The notes under the pieces were generated by a model, which had not been told where the DNA came from, did not search any database, and saw only the letters and a program-made list of their open reading frames with translations. Shown here in pieces: positions 36,992-37,564 of a stretch of 37,564 nucleotides of DNA; the first letter of the stretch is position 1; each line of letters starts with the position of its first letter. Made by a program: the position numbers and the translations under genes. This DNA is from a virus (lineage: Duplodnaviria > Heunggongvirae > Uroviricota > Caudoviricetes). The stretch is from positions 1 to 37,564 of IMG/VR virus record IMGVR_UViG_2684622670_000021; one strand, 5' to 3'.

Positions 36992-37564
36992 TCATTCTTC
37001 AACTGGGTCAATGCCATTCACTTTCCGTCGTATGGTGTCGAGGATGTCGTGCACATCTGCAGACATCTTACTGTGGTCATGCCATACTTGGGCAAATCCG
37101 TAGCTCCTGTAACGCGGTTGTGCATCTTCAGTAGGATCTTGAATATAAACGTCGTCAAGCTCCGCGATCTGGCAGAAGGTAGTCGCGTAAATAAGTGCGA
37201 TGATCAACACATTGCCTGTTAGGTCGGTATCCTCATCTGAAATGAAGTTTTCTAACATGCAAATTGAGAATTGCTCACGGCGCCAGTCGTATTTACAAAT
37301 GATAACCGCATGAAGCTGTTCGGGCTCATCACGGTCGATCAGCTTTAACGTTATATCCAGTATTCCATCTACAGCGTCACCGCGATAGGTCTGCATCGCC
37401 CATCGCCAGTCCAAGTGGCTTTGTAAACTTGCATCTTCAAGCTGGCGTCTCTCTTCATCGCTCAAAACGCCTACAGAGATATTAGTCCATCCAAGTGATT
37501 CAATAGCTTTTTGTGTTGTTGCTAGACATTGATCATGTATTTGCTGAGTAGATAGGAAGCTCAC
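36992..37564 (-). CDS. Hypothetical acidic protein (at least 190 aa), possibly 5'-truncated by the window edge
   Basis: ORF runs to the last base of the window (first codon GTG); moderate GC, unlike the adjacent AT-rich cargo. No recognisable motif. Confidence 0.5.
   Translation of the reverse strand: MSFLSTQQIHDQCLATTQKAIESLGWTNISVGVLSDEERRQLEDASLQSHLDWRWAMQTYRGDAVDGILDITLKLIDRDEPEQLHAVIICKYDWRREQFSICMLENFISDEDTDLTGNVLIIALIYATTFCQIAELDDVYIQDPTEDAQPRYRSYGFAQVWHDHSKMSADVHDILDTIRRKVNGIDPVEE

Overview
This window is a nearly complete lambdoid prophage of an Enterobacteriaceae host, read from the sequence and ORF track alone (no database search was possible). Left to right: a P22-like tyrosine integrase and excisionase; a leftward early operon (YfdT/S/R/Q-like genes); an immunity region with an S24-peptidase cI repressor, cro and a CII-like gene flanked by TTGCG-N5-YGCAA operator repeats; a replication module whose O-like gene carries an internal iteron array; Dam methylase, RusA, KilA-N, a DUF968-like protein and antiterminator Q; a lambda-like lysis cassette (holin, R endolysin, Rz/Rz1); HNH endonuclease with small and large terminase; an HK97-type head module; and a Mu-like contractile tail ending in a tail fibre. 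Low-GC cargo sits at the classic moron positions: an antisense KAP-family P-loop NTPase between Q and the late promoter, a 287-aa unknown gene between Rz and the packaging genes, a rightward 144-aa gene inside the leftward early operon, and a terminal acyltransferase-3 membrane protein carrying 15 tandem copies of a 7-bp repeat in frame (a candidate phase-variation switch). The portal and tail tube ORFs are each interrupted by an in-frame stop (TGA and TAG), and a gene between the CII-like and O-like genes looks frameshifted, so the prophage may be defective. The two candidates for something new are the KAP NTPase and the repeat-bearing acyltransferase.
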